Origin: Ignavibacteria bacterium
GTDB lineage: Bacteria; Bacteroidota; Ignavibacteria; UBA10030; UBA6906
Reading direction: 5' to 3'
Assembly: GCA_003251275.1 (NCBI GenBank)
Contig: QKGJ01000404.1
Location: 1 to 56,725 of the forward strand
DNA length: 56,725 bases
A program made the position numbers and the translations under genes. Under the pieces are notes generated by a model. The model saw only the letters and a list, made by a program, of their open reading frames with translations. It searched no databases and had not been told where the DNA came from. This document shows positions 27,196 to 36,766 of this stretch, in pieces; positions within the stretch are counted from its first letter, which is position 1; every line of letters begins with the position of its first letter.

Positions 27196-28167
27196 ATGGA
27201 TCTGAAAGAAATAGCCCGGCCCATTGAGCGCCATCTCGATGCGTTCGAAGAAGTCTTCAAGAAATCCATTCGTTCGCAAATCGGGCTGGTCGATCTGGTA
27301 ACGAAATACATCGTGAAACAGAAGGGAAAGCGAGTCCGGCCGGTTCTGGTGCTTCTGAGTGCGGAGTTATGCGGCGGCGTCAACGAAAAGAGCTACCGCG
27401 GCGCGGCACTGGTAGAAATACTGCACACCGCTACGCTGGTGCATGATGACGTTGTCGATGATGCGGATACGAGAAGGGGAATCGCATCCATTAATGCAGT
27501 CTGGAAGAATAAGATCGCAGTGCTGATGGGAGATTATCTTCTCGCGAAAGGTCTCCTTCTCTCGCTCGATCACGATGACTTTCCGTTCTTGAAAATCACG
27601 TCAACGTCAGTCAAGCGGATGAGTGAAGGTGAGATCCATCAAATCCAGAAAAGTCGCCAGCTGGATATGAATGAGGAAACGTACCTGAAGATCATCGGCG
27701 ATAAGACCGCGTCGCTGCTCTCCACCTGCTGTGAAATCGGCGCGGCGAGTAGTTCCACAAATGAGGCCCATCATATAGCGCTTGCGCAATACGGCGAGTT
27801 GGTGGGACTGGCATTCCAAATCCGGGATGATTTGCTTGACTATGTGGGACGAAAGAGCATCACTGGAAAGCCGACTGGATTGGACCTCAGCGAAAAGAAA
27901 CTGACTCTTCCTCTCATTCATGCCCTATCGCACGCGCCGCGTCGAGAGTCGAATACAATTCTTGCGATGGTAAAGAACGGCGGGAAGAAAATGCGGGTGA
28001 AGGATGTAGTGGACTTTGTGGAATCAAATGGCGGGATAGAGTATTCCAAAGATCGCGCGGAACAATTCAGCGCAGAAGCGAAAAAGTCCATTTGCACCTT
28101 CGCCGATACACCCAGCAAACAATCCCTCCTCGCATTCGCCGATTACGTGATCACACGGAACAAGTAA
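27196..28167 (+). CDS. Long-chain polyprenyl diphosphate synthase (hepta/octaprenyl type)
   Basis: Track ORF of 323 aa. It has the first DDxxD motif LVHDDVVDDADTRRG and the second FQIRDDLLD. Confidence 0.9.
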   Translation: MDLKEIARPIERHLDAFEEVFKKSIRSQIGLVDLVTKYIVKQKGKRVRPVLVLLSAELCGGVNEKSYRGAALVEILHTATLVHDDVVDDADTRRGIASINAVWKNKIAVLMGDYLLAKGLLLSLDHDDFPFLKITSTSVKRMSEGEIHQIQKSRQLDMNEETYLKIIGDKTASLLSTCCEIGAASSSTNEAHHIALAQYGELVGLAFQIRDDLLDYVGRKSITGKPTGLDLSEKKLTLPLIHALSHAPRRESNTILAMVKNGGKKMRVKDVVDFVESNGGIEYSKDRAEQFSAEAKKSICTFADTPSKQSLLAFADYVITRNK

Positions 28168-28377
28168 TCGTTCGCTCCTCTTCCCTCGCTTCCTTCAAAA
28201 CCTTCAGCGCAAATAGTTCCCGGCGATAGGACAATCGTCCTCGATTGTCCGATGAGCCGATCCGTTTGAGCTAGGCAGTTGCGTTTGGTTAAAGACCCGG
28301 GGATATGGTGTTCGCTTTTTGTTGCCTCGCGCTGAAGCCCGAGGCGAGCAACCAAATAATCCATCGGGTAAATCAGA

Positions 28378-28887
28378 CTAAGCCAACACTTCCGGTCGCA
28401 GCGTCATGACGGGACATTTGGCATTGCGGACGATTCTCTCCGCGGTGCTGCCAAAGAGCATATGCTCAACGCCGGTATGCCCGTGCGTCGGGACAATGAT
28501 CAGATCGATCTTGCGCTTCTCTGCTTCCAGGAGAATCTCCTGGTGAGGTTTTCCTCTACGCACAACTGCCGTCGCATCGACCTCCCTTCCGATATGATCC
28601 TCAATAACGGACTGGAGCTTCCTCTCTCCCTCGTCCACCAACTCATCTTCCACTTCCGGCAAAACCACCTGACCGAAACCGAGATCCGCAGGATACAGCG
28701 TTGGTTCGACGACGTAGACGAGATGTAACGACGCGTCAAACTCCTTCGCCATCAACACGGCATACCGCAGGGCGTTCTTCGAGTGAATCGAAAAATCAAA
28801 AGGAAGAAGAATGTGGTTCACCGACACCTTGTGCCGCTGACGGGAGGCGGAGGGCTTTTGGATCCTGCTGGTTTTCTTTTTCGCCAT
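28378..28887 (-). CDS. Universal stress protein (UspA family)
   Basis: Track ORF of 169 aa. Motifs seen are ILLPFDFS, LHLVYVVE and IVPTHGHTGVEHMLFGSTAERIVRNAKCPVMT. Confidence 0.85.
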   Translation of the reverse strand: MAKKKTSRIQKPSASRQRHKVSVNHILLPFDFSIHSKNALRYAVLMAKEFDASLHLVYVVEPTLYPADLGFGQVVLPEVEDELVDEGERKLQSVIEDHIGREVDATAVVRRGKPHQEILLEAEKRKIDLIIVPTHGHTGVEHMLFGSTAERIVRNAKCPVMTLRPEVLA

Positions 28888-28913
28888 AGTGAATCCTCCC
28901 TGGAGTGTTCGCG

Positions 28914-29840
28914 CTAATCGTTATATACGAACGTCAGCCACTTTTGTGGGTCATTCGCATTCTTGACGACATCGAAATACATCTCCTGCAACTTCATGGT
29001 GATCGGTCCAGGCTTGCCGTTTCCTACTTTCACTTTATCCACCGAGCGAATGGGAGTGACTTCCGCCGCTGTACCGGTGAAGAAGAGTTCATCTGCAACG
29101 TAGACCATTTCCTTCGGAACAGGAGTGATCAATACCTCGTATCCCGCATCGCGCGCAAGTTTGATCACCGAAGCCCTCGTCACGCCCGGCAGCAACGACG
29201 ATGAAAACGCCGGTGTGTAGATGATATCGTCTTTCACCGCAAACAGATTCTCGCCGGTTCCTTCGCTCAGATTCCCGTTGATATCCAGCGCGATCGCTTC
29301 CTGAAATCCTTCCTGCACCGCCTCCATTTTCATGAGTTGAGAGAGAAGATAATTTCCTCCCGCCTTTGCCATTGCCGGCAGCGTGTTCGGCGCGGGGCGA
29401 TTCCAAGTCGAGATGCACACATCGATGCCGTTCTTCAGCGCCTCATCGCCAAGGTACGCACCCCATTCCCACACTGCAATCGTGACGTCGACCGGACACT
29501 TAATCGGATTCACGCCAACTTCACCATATCCCCTGTACACAATCGGCCGGATGTAACATGCTTTCATCTTGTTTGCGCGGATTGTTTGCATGATCGCGTC
29601 AACAATATCCTTCTCGGAAAAAGGGATCTGCGTGCGGTAGATTTTTGTAGAATCAAACAAACGCCTCACATGCTTGTCAAGCCGAAAGATTGCCGGACCT
29701 TGTTTCGTATCGTAACAGCGAATTCCTTCGAACCAGCTTGAGCCGTAATGAATAACGTGGGAAAGAATATGAATCTTCGCGTCGTCCCAGTTGACGAGTG
29801 AACCGTTCATCCAAATCTTTTCGACTTTCTTAACGGGCAT
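28914..29840 (-). CDS. ilvE: Branched-chain amino acid aminotransferase
   Basis: Track ORF of 308 aa. Motifs seen are [21 protein letters not shown], the PLP-fold IV region KAGGNYLLS and EGTGENLF. Confidence 0.9.
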   Translation of the reverse strand: MPVKKVEKIWMNGSLVNWDDAKIHILSHVIHYGSSWFEGIRCYDTKQGPAIFRLDKHVRRLFDSTKIYRTQIPFSEKDIVDAIMQTIRANKMKACYIRPIVYRGYGEVGVNPIKCPVDVTIAVWEWGAYLGDEALKNGIDVCISTWNRPAPNTLPAMAKAGGNYLLSQLMKMEAVQEGFQEAIALDINGNLSEGTGENLFAVKDDIIYTPAFSSSLLPGVTRASVIKLARDAGYEVLITPVPKEMVYVADELFFTGTAAEVTPIRSVDKVKVGNGKPGPITMKLQEMYFDVVKNANDPQKWLTFVYND

Positions 29841-29878
29841 AACCCTACCTCATTGTCAGAATTAGTAGTAAAGAGTAG

Positions 29879-30997
29879 CTAGAGCGTGTAATTGTAAATC
29901 CTGTAAGTTTTCGTTCGTTCTCCCTGCATCAACTCCGCCCCACGATTCATCATGATGTTGTCTTCCAGTACCCAGCTTGCCTCGCCATGCGGGTAGCCGT
30001 GTTTGATTGACTGAATGGCGGTTTCATAAAAAAGGGCGCCGCCGATGCCGGTATTCAGATATTCCGGCAGGACTCCCAGAATAACGATTCGTGTGAAATC
30101 AATTTTCTTCTTCTGAAAGAGGATTCGAAGAAGACCGGGAATCAGGTAGCCGTTCCTGTTGTTCTTCAACACCATATTGTAATCAGGAAGAGAGAGGGCA
30201 AACCCCACAGGCTTTCCCTTCGACTCCACGATAATGACGAGATTCGGATCGACCGCCGGCTTCAGGTCCTTCGCCATGTAGTTGAACTCCTCGGTGGTCA
30301 ACGGCACTTCACCCCAATTCCTTGACCAGCCACGAGAGTAAAGCTCGTGGATCTTTTTCACTTCGTTATCGAAGTCTTTCATGTTAATGGTGCGGAACAC
30401 AAGTTCGTTGCGTTTCTTTACCAACTCCCCCACCCGCGGGAGTTTTCCCTGCATTACTTTGTCCTTGTGGACATAGTATGCATAAAGGTCTTTCGCTTTG
30501 ACAAACCCATATCCTTCCACCAGTTTCTGGTAGTAGGCCGGATTGTATGCCATGAGTATGGCAGGTGATTTGTCGAAACCATCCACGAGAAGGCCGTACT
30601 CATCGTTCACCGACGGACTGGCCGGGCCTCGCATGGCAGTCACTTTCTGGTCTCTGAGCCATGCTGCTGCCGCATCGAATAACGATGACGCAACTTCCTG
30701 ATCGTCAATGGATTCAAAAAATCCAAAGAAGCCAATGTTCTCGTCGTGCTCTTTGTTGTGATTATCATTCACGATGGCGCCGATCCGTCCGACGATCGAG
30801 CCGCTGCGTTCTGCAAGAAACAACTCCATCCGGGCGTGCTTGTAGAACGGGTTCTTCTTCTTGTCGATGAGCTTTCGCCGATCCATCATCAACGGAGGAA
30901 CCCACACCGGGTTGTTTTTGTAGATCTTCCATTGAAAACGGAGAAAACGTCGTTCATCTTCTTTCGTTCGCACCGGACGAATCGTTGCTGCAGCCAT
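29879..30997 (-). CDS. GNAT-like N-acyltransferase family protein of unknown substrate (the alternative upstream start at 31090 gives 403 aa)
   Basis: The track ORF is 403 aa, and the likely start is MAAATIRPV. Motifs seen are WVPPLMMDRRKL, FLAERSGSIVGRIGAIVN, GFFGFFES and MRGPASPSVNDEYGLLVDGF, with a C-terminal acyl-CoA N-acyltransferase-like fold (GVLPEYLNTGIGGALF). Confidence 0.65.
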   Translation of the reverse strand: MAAATIRPVRTKEDERRFLRFQWKIYKNNPVWVPPLMMDRRKLIDKKKNPFYKHARMELFLAERSGSIVGRIGAIVNDNHNKEHDENIGFFGFFESIDDQEVASSLFDAAAAWLRDQKVTAMRGPASPSVNDEYGLLVDGFDKSPAILMAYNPAYYQKLVEGYGFVKAKDLYAYYVHKDKVMQGKLPRVGELVKKRNELVFRTINMKDFDNEVKKIHELYSRGWSRNWGEVPLTTEEFNYMAKDLKPAVDPNLVIIVESKGKPVGFALSLPDYNMVLKNNRNGYLIPGLLRILFQKKKIDFTRIVILGVLPEYLNTGIGGALFYETAIQSIKHGYPHGEASWVLEDNIMMNRGAELMQGERTKTYRIYNYTL

Positions 30998-31140
30998 GAT
31001 GTTTGCGTGATTGTCTTTAAATGGAAGAGAACGTCCACCACTCCTTGGATATGCGCGAGTTGGGACGGTGAAATGAATGATTGACGACAACAGGCCCCGG
31101 GAACACGGGGAAGAGAGAAAGAACTATCAGCCAGAAAACA

Positions 31141-32400
31141 CTACGGAATGAGACCGAGTTTCTTTCCAATTGTCTCGAATGTCTCCAGGATTTTGTTCAG
31201 GTGTTCATCTTCATGCGTTGCCATATAGCTGGTCCTCATCATCTGGTAGCCCTGAGGAACACCGGGACTGACGAACGCGTTGACAAAGACTCCTGCATCA
31301 TAGAGCATGCGCCAGAAGGCGAATGTTTTTTCGTCATCACCAATGATTACCGGGACGATGCCTGTATCGCTGTCGATAATCCGGAATCCCATTGCCTGAA
31401 GACCAAGCTTCATCTTGTTCGCATTTGCCTTCAGCCGGTCGATTCGTTCCGGTTCATTTTCGAGGATGTCGAGCGCAGCGAGCGCGGATGCGACAGACGC
31501 CGGCGTTGGACTCGCACTAAAAATGAGAGCGGGCGCATGATGCTTAAGGTAGTTGATGACATGCTTGTCGCCGACGACGAATCCCCCCAACGATGCAAAC
31601 GTTTTGCTGAATGTCCCCATCGTCATATCGACAACCTGCTCCAATCCGAAATGGCTTGCCGTACCCCGTCCACCTTTTCCGATGACACCGGTCGCGTGCG
31701 CATCATCCACCAATACTCGCGCATTGTACTTTTTCGCGAGGCTGGTAATTGTCGGGAGGTCGGCGATGGTTCCGGTGGTGCTGAAGACACCATCGGTTAC
31801 AATAAGCTTGGAGGTCTCCACAGGAATCTTTGAAAGCACTCGCTCAAGATCGTTCATATCATTGTGCTTGAACCGGACGAACTCGCCAAACGCACCCTTC
31901 GCCATGAGATTGCCAGCGACGATACAGGCGTGATTATCCCGATCAGAAACAACGTATTCTCCCTTTTGAACGAGAGTCGGAATAATCCCCTGTGCCGTCT
32001 GGTAGCCGGTACTATAGAGAAGGCATGCCTCCCGGTGAAGGAATGCAGCAAGACGTTCTTCGAGCATGACATGCAGATCCAGCGTTCCCGTCAGGTAGCG
32101 TGAACCGGAACATCCGGTCCCATACCTCTCCACTGCCTTGATGGCAGCAGCCTTAACGCGCGGGTCCGCAGTGAGACCGAGATAATTGTTCGAACCGGCC
32201 ATGATGACCTTGCGGCCCTCGATGGAAACAACCGGACCTTCATTCTCTTCGATCTCCCTGAAGTAGGGATAATATCCGTGTGCTTTTATTTCATCGGCGC
32301 GTGTAAACGTTCTGCACTTTTCGAACAGGTCCACCTTCTTCTTCTCAGCAGCAACTGTTTCTCCGTCGCTCTTGCGGAGAGTCTGACTGCGTTCACTCAT
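31141..32400 (-). CDS. PLP-dependent alpha-oxoamine synthase (serine palmitoyltransferase / KBL / BioF family)
   Basis: The track ORF is 440 aa, and the likely start is MSERSQ. Motifs seen are [40 protein letters not shown] and GTFSKTFAS (the PLP lysine). Confidence 0.85.
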   Translation of the reverse strand: MSERSQTLRKSDGETVAAEKKKVDLFEKCRTFTRADEIKAHGYYPYFREIEENEGPVVSIEGRKVIMAGSNNYLGLTADPRVKAAAIKAVERYGTGCSGSRYLTGTLDLHVMLEERLAAFLHREACLLYSTGYQTAQGIIPTLVQKGEYVVSDRDNHACIVAGNLMAKGAFGEFVRFKHNDMNDLERVLSKIPVETSKLIVTDGVFSTTGTIADLPTITSLAKKYNARVLVDDAHATGVIGKGGRGTASHFGLEQVVDMTMGTFSKTFASLGGFVVGDKHVINYLKHHAPALIFSASPTPASVASALAALDILENEPERIDRLKANANKMKLGLQAMGFRIIDSDTGIVPVIIGDDEKTFAFWRMLYDAGVFVNAFVSPGVPQGYQMMRTSYMATHEDEHLNKILETFETIGKKLGLIP

Positions 32401-32521
32401 GGAATTCCTCGGCGCGGTTGCGCCACAATGACATGGAAAATTGCTAATTAAAATCGTTTTCAATATACTCTAACGTGTTTACAAAGTCAATCAGGTTTTC
32501 CCCTCACAGTTCTCCATTCCA

Positions 32522-33505
32522 GTGAAAGCACTTGTTACCGGCGGCACAGGTTTTATCGGAAGCCACCTCGTAGAACTTCTGCTGCATCGCGGTTACACGG
32601 TGCGATGCCTCATTCGCAAGTCCTCTGACACCAAATGGCTGAAGGGTCATGAGGTGGAATTTGTGGAAGGGGGATTATTCGATCACAAATCTCTTCGTGC
32701 CGCGGTGAGCGGGGTCGATTTGGTTTTTCACTCAGCCGGTGTAACGAAGGCAAAGAAAAAGGAAGAGTACTTCCGTGGCAATGTAAACGGAACAAAAAAT
32801 CTTCTTGAAGCTGTTCGTGCATCCAATCCACAACTCAAGCGGTTTGTTCATGTCAGCAGTCAGACAGCGGTCGGACCGAGCCAGAGCAAAACTCCCATCA
32901 CCGAAGAGGTGATTGCCCGGCCCATAACAACATACGGTGAGAGCAAATGGAAAGCAGAGCAGGAATGTCAAGCGATGATGGAAGACATTCCAATTACGAT
33001 TGTTCGCCCGCCAGCCGTGTACGGCCCGCGCGATAAGGATATTTTCGAATACTTCAACACGATGAACAAAGGCCTCCAGGCAAGTGTCGGTCTGCACGAT
33101 AAGTTTGTGAGTCTGATTCATGTGTCGGACCTCGTCCGGGGATTTCTTCTGGCGGGGAAGAGTGAAGTTGCAACGGGGAAGACGTATTTCATCGCAAGCA
33201 GCAAGGTCTATGATTGGAAGGAAATTGGCGAGGTTACCCGACGGGTTTTGAACCGCAAGACCATCTCCCTCCGTATCCCGGAATTTGGTATTTACATGGT
33301 CGCTGCCGTCGCCGAGTTCATGGCGCGCTTCAGCAGTTCTCCAGCACTCATTAACTTCGAAAAGGCACGTGATATGGTGCAGGATTTCTGGACGTGCGAT
33401 TCCTCTAGTGCGGAACGCGATTTCGGGTTCAAACAGGAAATCCCGCTGGAAGAGGGGATCCGCTCCACTATAGAGTGGTATCGCGCACACGGCTGGCTTT
33501 CATAG
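32522..33505 (+). CDS. NAD(P)-dependent epimerase/dehydratase-family (extended SDR) reductase, GTG start
   Basis: Track ORF of 327 aa. It has the Rossmann motif VTGGTGFIGSHL and the catalytic YGESK (YxxxK). It is transcribed divergently from the alpha-oxoamine synthase operon. Confidence 0.85.
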   Translation: MKALVTGGTGFIGSHLVELLLHRGYTVRCLIRKSSDTKWLKGHEVEFVEGGLFDHKSLRAAVSGVDLVFHSAGVTKAKKKEEYFRGNVNGTKNLLEAVRASNPQLKRFVHVSSQTAVGPSQSKTPITEEVIARPITTYGESKWKAEQECQAMMEDIPITIVRPPAVYGPRDKDIFEYFNTMNKGLQASVGLHDKFVSLIHVSDLVRGFLLAGKSEVATGKTYFIASSKVYDWKEIGEVTRRVLNRKTISLRIPEFGIYMVAAVAEFMARFSSSPALINFEKARDMVQDFWTCDSSSAERDFGFKQEIPLEEGIRSTIEWYRAHGWLS

Positions 33506-33581
33506 CCTTCTTCACCTCTCTTTTCTCGACGCTCCTTCTAGTCGAACCGACGGCTCCTTAAAATAAAAATCTTCTCCCTAT

Positions 33582-33637
33582 TGCATCTCAATAAGAGCTT
33601 ATGCATATTTATGCAACTTTTTGCATATGTATTCATT
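33582..33637 (+). promoter_or_regulatory. Candidate ArgR operator: tandem ARG-box-like sites directly upstream of and abutting the argC start
   Basis: TGCATATTTATGCA (33602-33615) and TGCATATGTATTCA (33622-33635) match TGAAT-w4-ATTCA at 8/10 and 9/10 positions. A third TGCAT half-site lies at 33582. All three are in 20-bp phase. argR is encoded in the operon. Confidence 0.5.
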
Positions 33638-34648
33638 ATGAATGTAGCGATCATCGGGGCGTCCGGGTATTCCGGCGCCGAATTGATACGGCTCCTTGCC
33701 AGGCGAAGCGATGTACAGATCCAGACGTTGGTTTCCAGTACGACCGCCGGGAAACGACTGGACGATGTCTATCCCGAGTTCGCAGGACAAACGGATTTGC
33801 GCTTCACGGCATTGGAGGGAACTTCGTTCAAAAACATAGACCTGGCCTTCACGGCATTGCCGTCCGGCGAGTCAATGAAGATTGTTCCGAAGATCCATGA
33901 TGAAGTTCCTCGCGTCATTGACCTGAGCGGTGACTACCGCCTCCTCTCGAGTGCAGAGTATGCCGCCTATTACCATCAAGAACATGTCTCGCCATCTCTC
34001 TTGTCCAAGGCCGTGTACGGATTGCCGGAGATCCATCACGATGCAATTGCCAACACTTCTCTCGTTGCCAATCCCGGCTGCTATCCCACAAGCGCAATCT
34101 TGGCGTTAATTCCGGCACTCAGGCATGGGATCATTGAACCGGCGGGGATTTCCATCACGTCGTTGTCAGGGACTTCCGGCGCGGGTCGATCATCATCGCT
34201 GGAAATGAGTTTCACCGAAGTCCACGACAACATTCGTGCATACAAACTCGGTGCACATCAACACATCCCTGAAATTCAACACGTCCTCTCGGCAGCAAGT
34301 GGAAAGTCCGTGACGGTCTCATTCGTGCCGCACCTCGTCCCAATGAATCGTGGCATCTACACGACGATACATTCATCGCTCGCGCAATCCATTTCCCGGG
34401 AAGAGGTCTTCCGGCTGTACAAGAGTTACTATCGTGAGGCGCGATTTGTACGAGTGAAGGAGCAGGTGGCGCAGCTAAGGGATGTTATTCGAACAAACTA
34501 CTGCGACATTTCATTGCACGTGGACGAGCGAACCAACCAGCTTATTCTTCTTTCCACTATCGATAATCTTGTCAAGGGTGCCGCCGGACAGGCGGTGCAG
34601 AACATGAATATCATGCTCGGCCTTCCCGAAGACTGCGGGCTCTCTTAA
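33638..34648 (+). CDS. argC: N-acetyl-gamma-glutamyl-phosphate reductase
   Basis: It lies in frame with track ORF 33581, and the start is MNVAIIGASGYSGAEL. The active-site region reads ANPGCYPTS. Confidence 0.92.
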   Translation: MNVAIIGASGYSGAELIRLLARRSDVQIQTLVSSTTAGKRLDDVYPEFAGQTDLRFTALEGTSFKNIDLAFTALPSGESMKIVPKIHDEVPRVIDLSGDYRLLSSAEYAAYYHQEHVSPSLLSKAVYGLPEIHHDAIANTSLVANPGCYPTSAILALIPALRHGIIEPAGISITSLSGTSGAGRSSSLEMSFTEVHDNIRAYKLGAHQHIPEIQHVLSAASGKSVTVSFVPHLVPMNRGIYTTIHSSLAQSISREEVFRLYKSYYREARFVRVKEQVAQLRDVIRTNYCDISLHVDERTNQLILLSTIDNLVKGAAGQAVQNMNIMLGLPEDCGLS

Positions 34649-34668
34649 TTCTTTCTTTGGAGTTATGA

Positions 34669-35889
34669 ATGAACAATCATCCTTATGAGCGTGTCTCCGG
34701 TGGCGTTACGGCACCGGAAGGTTTTCGGGCCGCAGGCATTCATTGCGGTGTGAAGAAATCACGCAAAGATCTTGCGATCATTGCCTCGGATGTTCCTGCC
34801 GCGACGGCCGCAGTGTTTACGCAGAACAGAGTCCCTGCCGCTCCGGTGATTGTTGACAAATTGCAGGTGAAGGCATCATCTATGGCACAGGCTATCGTGG
34901 TGAACAGCGGCAATGCAAATGCCTGCACCGGCGAAAGAGGGTTGAACAACGCATGGACGATGGTCGCTGACACTGCCGAGGCTCTCTCCATCGATCCTTC
35001 GTTGGTTCTTGTTTCTTCTACTGGTGTAATTGGACAGTACCTTCCCATGGGGCCCATTCAGAAGGGGATACGCATCGCCGCCGGCGAACTGCATCATTCG
35101 GGGGGGAGAGATGCAGCGGAAGCAATTATGACAACGGATACCTTCGTCAAGGAGCTTGCAGTGAAGACGCACATCGGCGGTACGCAGATCGTTCTTGGCG
35201 GCATGGCAAAGGGGTCCGGTATGATCGCGCCGAACATGGCTACGATGCTCGGTTTCGTGACAACGGATGCGACCGTGGAGCCGGCTCTCCTGAAGCAGAT
35301 GCTAAAACTCGCGGCAGATCGATCTTTTAACAGAATCTCTGTCGATGGCGACACGAGTACCAACGATATGGTCGTCCTGATGGCAAACGGCGCCGCTGGC
35401 AGTCCCATTCTAACACACGCCGAGCACGAGGATACACAACGGTTTTACAATGCACTCGAATGGCTCTTGACCGAGCTCGCCAAGATGATCGTCCTCGATG
35501 GCGAGGGGGCAACGAAGCTCGTTGCAATTCAGGTCAACGGAGCTGAATCGGAAGACGAAGCGGTAAGAGCGGGGCGCGCTGTTGCGAATTCCAGTCTTGT
35601 AAAAACAGCCATCCACGGTGAGGACGCAAACTGGGGCAGAATACTTGCCGCAATAGGTTATTCCGGCATCGACTTCGATCCGGAGGCGGTGGAGATTTTT
35701 TTCGATGAGGTTCCCATCCTGCAGAAAAAATACTCGATCGATTTTTCGGAAGTCGAAGCAAAGCGCGTGTTGAGCAAGAGGGAGCTGACAATCACCATTG
35801 AACTTCACAAAGGAAATGCATCCGCGTGCTTCTGGACGTGCGACCTCTCGAAAGAGTATGTGGACATCAACGCACATTACAGGACGTAG
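34669..35889 (+). CDS. argJ: Bifunctional ornithine acetyltransferase / N-acetylglutamate synthase
   Basis: Track ORF of 406 aa. Motifs seen are GVTAPEGF, SGNANACTG and the autoproteolysis site PNMATMLGFVTTDA. Confidence 0.92.
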   Translation: MNNHPYERVSGGVTAPEGFRAAGIHCGVKKSRKDLAIIASDVPAATAAVFTQNRVPAAPVIVDKLQVKASSMAQAIVVNSGNANACTGERGLNNAWTMVADTAEALSIDPSLVLVSSTGVIGQYLPMGPIQKGIRIAAGELHHSGGRDAAEAIMTTDTFVKELAVKTHIGGTQIVLGGMAKGSGMIAPNMATMLGFVTTDATVEPALLKQMLKLAADRSFNRISVDGDTSTNDMVVLMANGAAGSPILTHAEHEDTQRFYNALEWLLTELAKMIVLDGEGATKLVAIQVNGAESEDEAVRAGRAVANSSLVKTAIHGEDANWGRILAAIGYSGIDFDPEAVEIFFDEVPILQKKYSIDFSEVEAKRVLSKRELTITIELHKGNASACFWTCDLSKEYVDINAHYRT

Positions 35890-35890
35890 C

Positions 35891-36766
35891 ATGAACAACA
35901 TTCCTCTCAAAACCGAAACGCTCGTCGAAGCCCTCCCCTACATACAGAAGTATGAAGGAAAGACGTTTGTGATCAAGTATGGCGGCGCTGCGATGGTTAA
36001 TCCGGACCTTCGCGAAACATTTGCCCAGGACATTACCGTGTTGACAAAAATCGGGATCAACATCGTGATCGTTCATGGTGGTGGGAGAGAGATTACGGCA
36101 ACTGCCGACCGGCTTGGGCTTACTTCCACCTTTGTCGATGGTCAGCGCTTTACCGACGAAGCGATGATGGATGTCGTTCAGATGGTCCTCGCAGGAAAGA
36201 CGAACAAAGATATCGCCGCGGCAATCAACCGACACGACGGCAACGCAGTCGGCTTGTGCGGGTTGGATGCCGACCTGCTGACGGCAAGACCGGCAAAGAA
36301 TGGCGCTTTGGGGTTTGTGGGAGAGGTGGAAGAAGTGAGATCGGCGCTCTTGAATCTGCTCCTCGCCAACAGATATATCCCCGTGGTCGCCCCGATTGGC
36401 ATCGGCCACGACCGGCAGTATTTTAACGTCAACGCCGATCTTGCCGCTTCGGCAATCGCGTCGGCGCTGAAGGCGGAAAAGCTCATCTACCTGAGCGACG
36501 TGGAAGGCATCATGGTCGGCGAAGAACTGATCCACTCAATGCATCGGATGCGGGCAGAGGAGCTTATCAGCGATGGCATCATTATCAACGGCATGATCCC
36601 GAAAATTCAATCTGCATGTGCCGCGCTGGATGGCGGCGTCGTAAAAGTCCACATGATCGATGGACGGGTGACGCATGCGCTTCTATTGGAAATGTTCACG
36701 AAAGAGGGTATCGGGACGGAAGTGACCCCCTCCCCTGTCAATTCACTCATGGAGGAAGTACAATGA
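35891..36766 (+). CDS. argB: Acetylglutamate kinase
   Basis: It lies in frame with track ORF 35798. The ATG at 35891 is 2 nt after the argJ stop. Motifs seen are FVIKYGGAAM, IVIVHGGG and NVNADLAA. Confidence 0.92.
   Translation: MNNIPLKTETLVEALPYIQKYEGKTFVIKYGGAAMVNPDLRETFAQDITVLTKIGINIVIVHGGGREITATADRLGLTSTFVDGQRFTDEAMMDVVQMVLAGKTNKDIAAAINRHDGNAVGLCGLDADLLTARPAKNGALGFVGEVEEVRSALLNLLLANRYIPVVAPIGIGHDRQYFNVNADLAASAIASALKAEKLIYLSDVEGIMVGEELIHSMHRMRAEELISDGIIINGMIPKIQSACAALDGGVVKVHMIDGRVTHALLLEMFTKEGIGTEVTPSPVNSLMEEVQ

Noticed and set aside
28229-28250. A perfect 9-bp stem / 4-nt loop hairpin (GGACAATCG-TCCT-CGATTGTCC) between the convergent polyprenyl synthase and usp genes. A second imperfect hairpin lies near 28322-28352.
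   Set aside because: It was tempting to call these terminators, but neither strand has a following U-tract, so I do not annotate them as intrinsic terminators.
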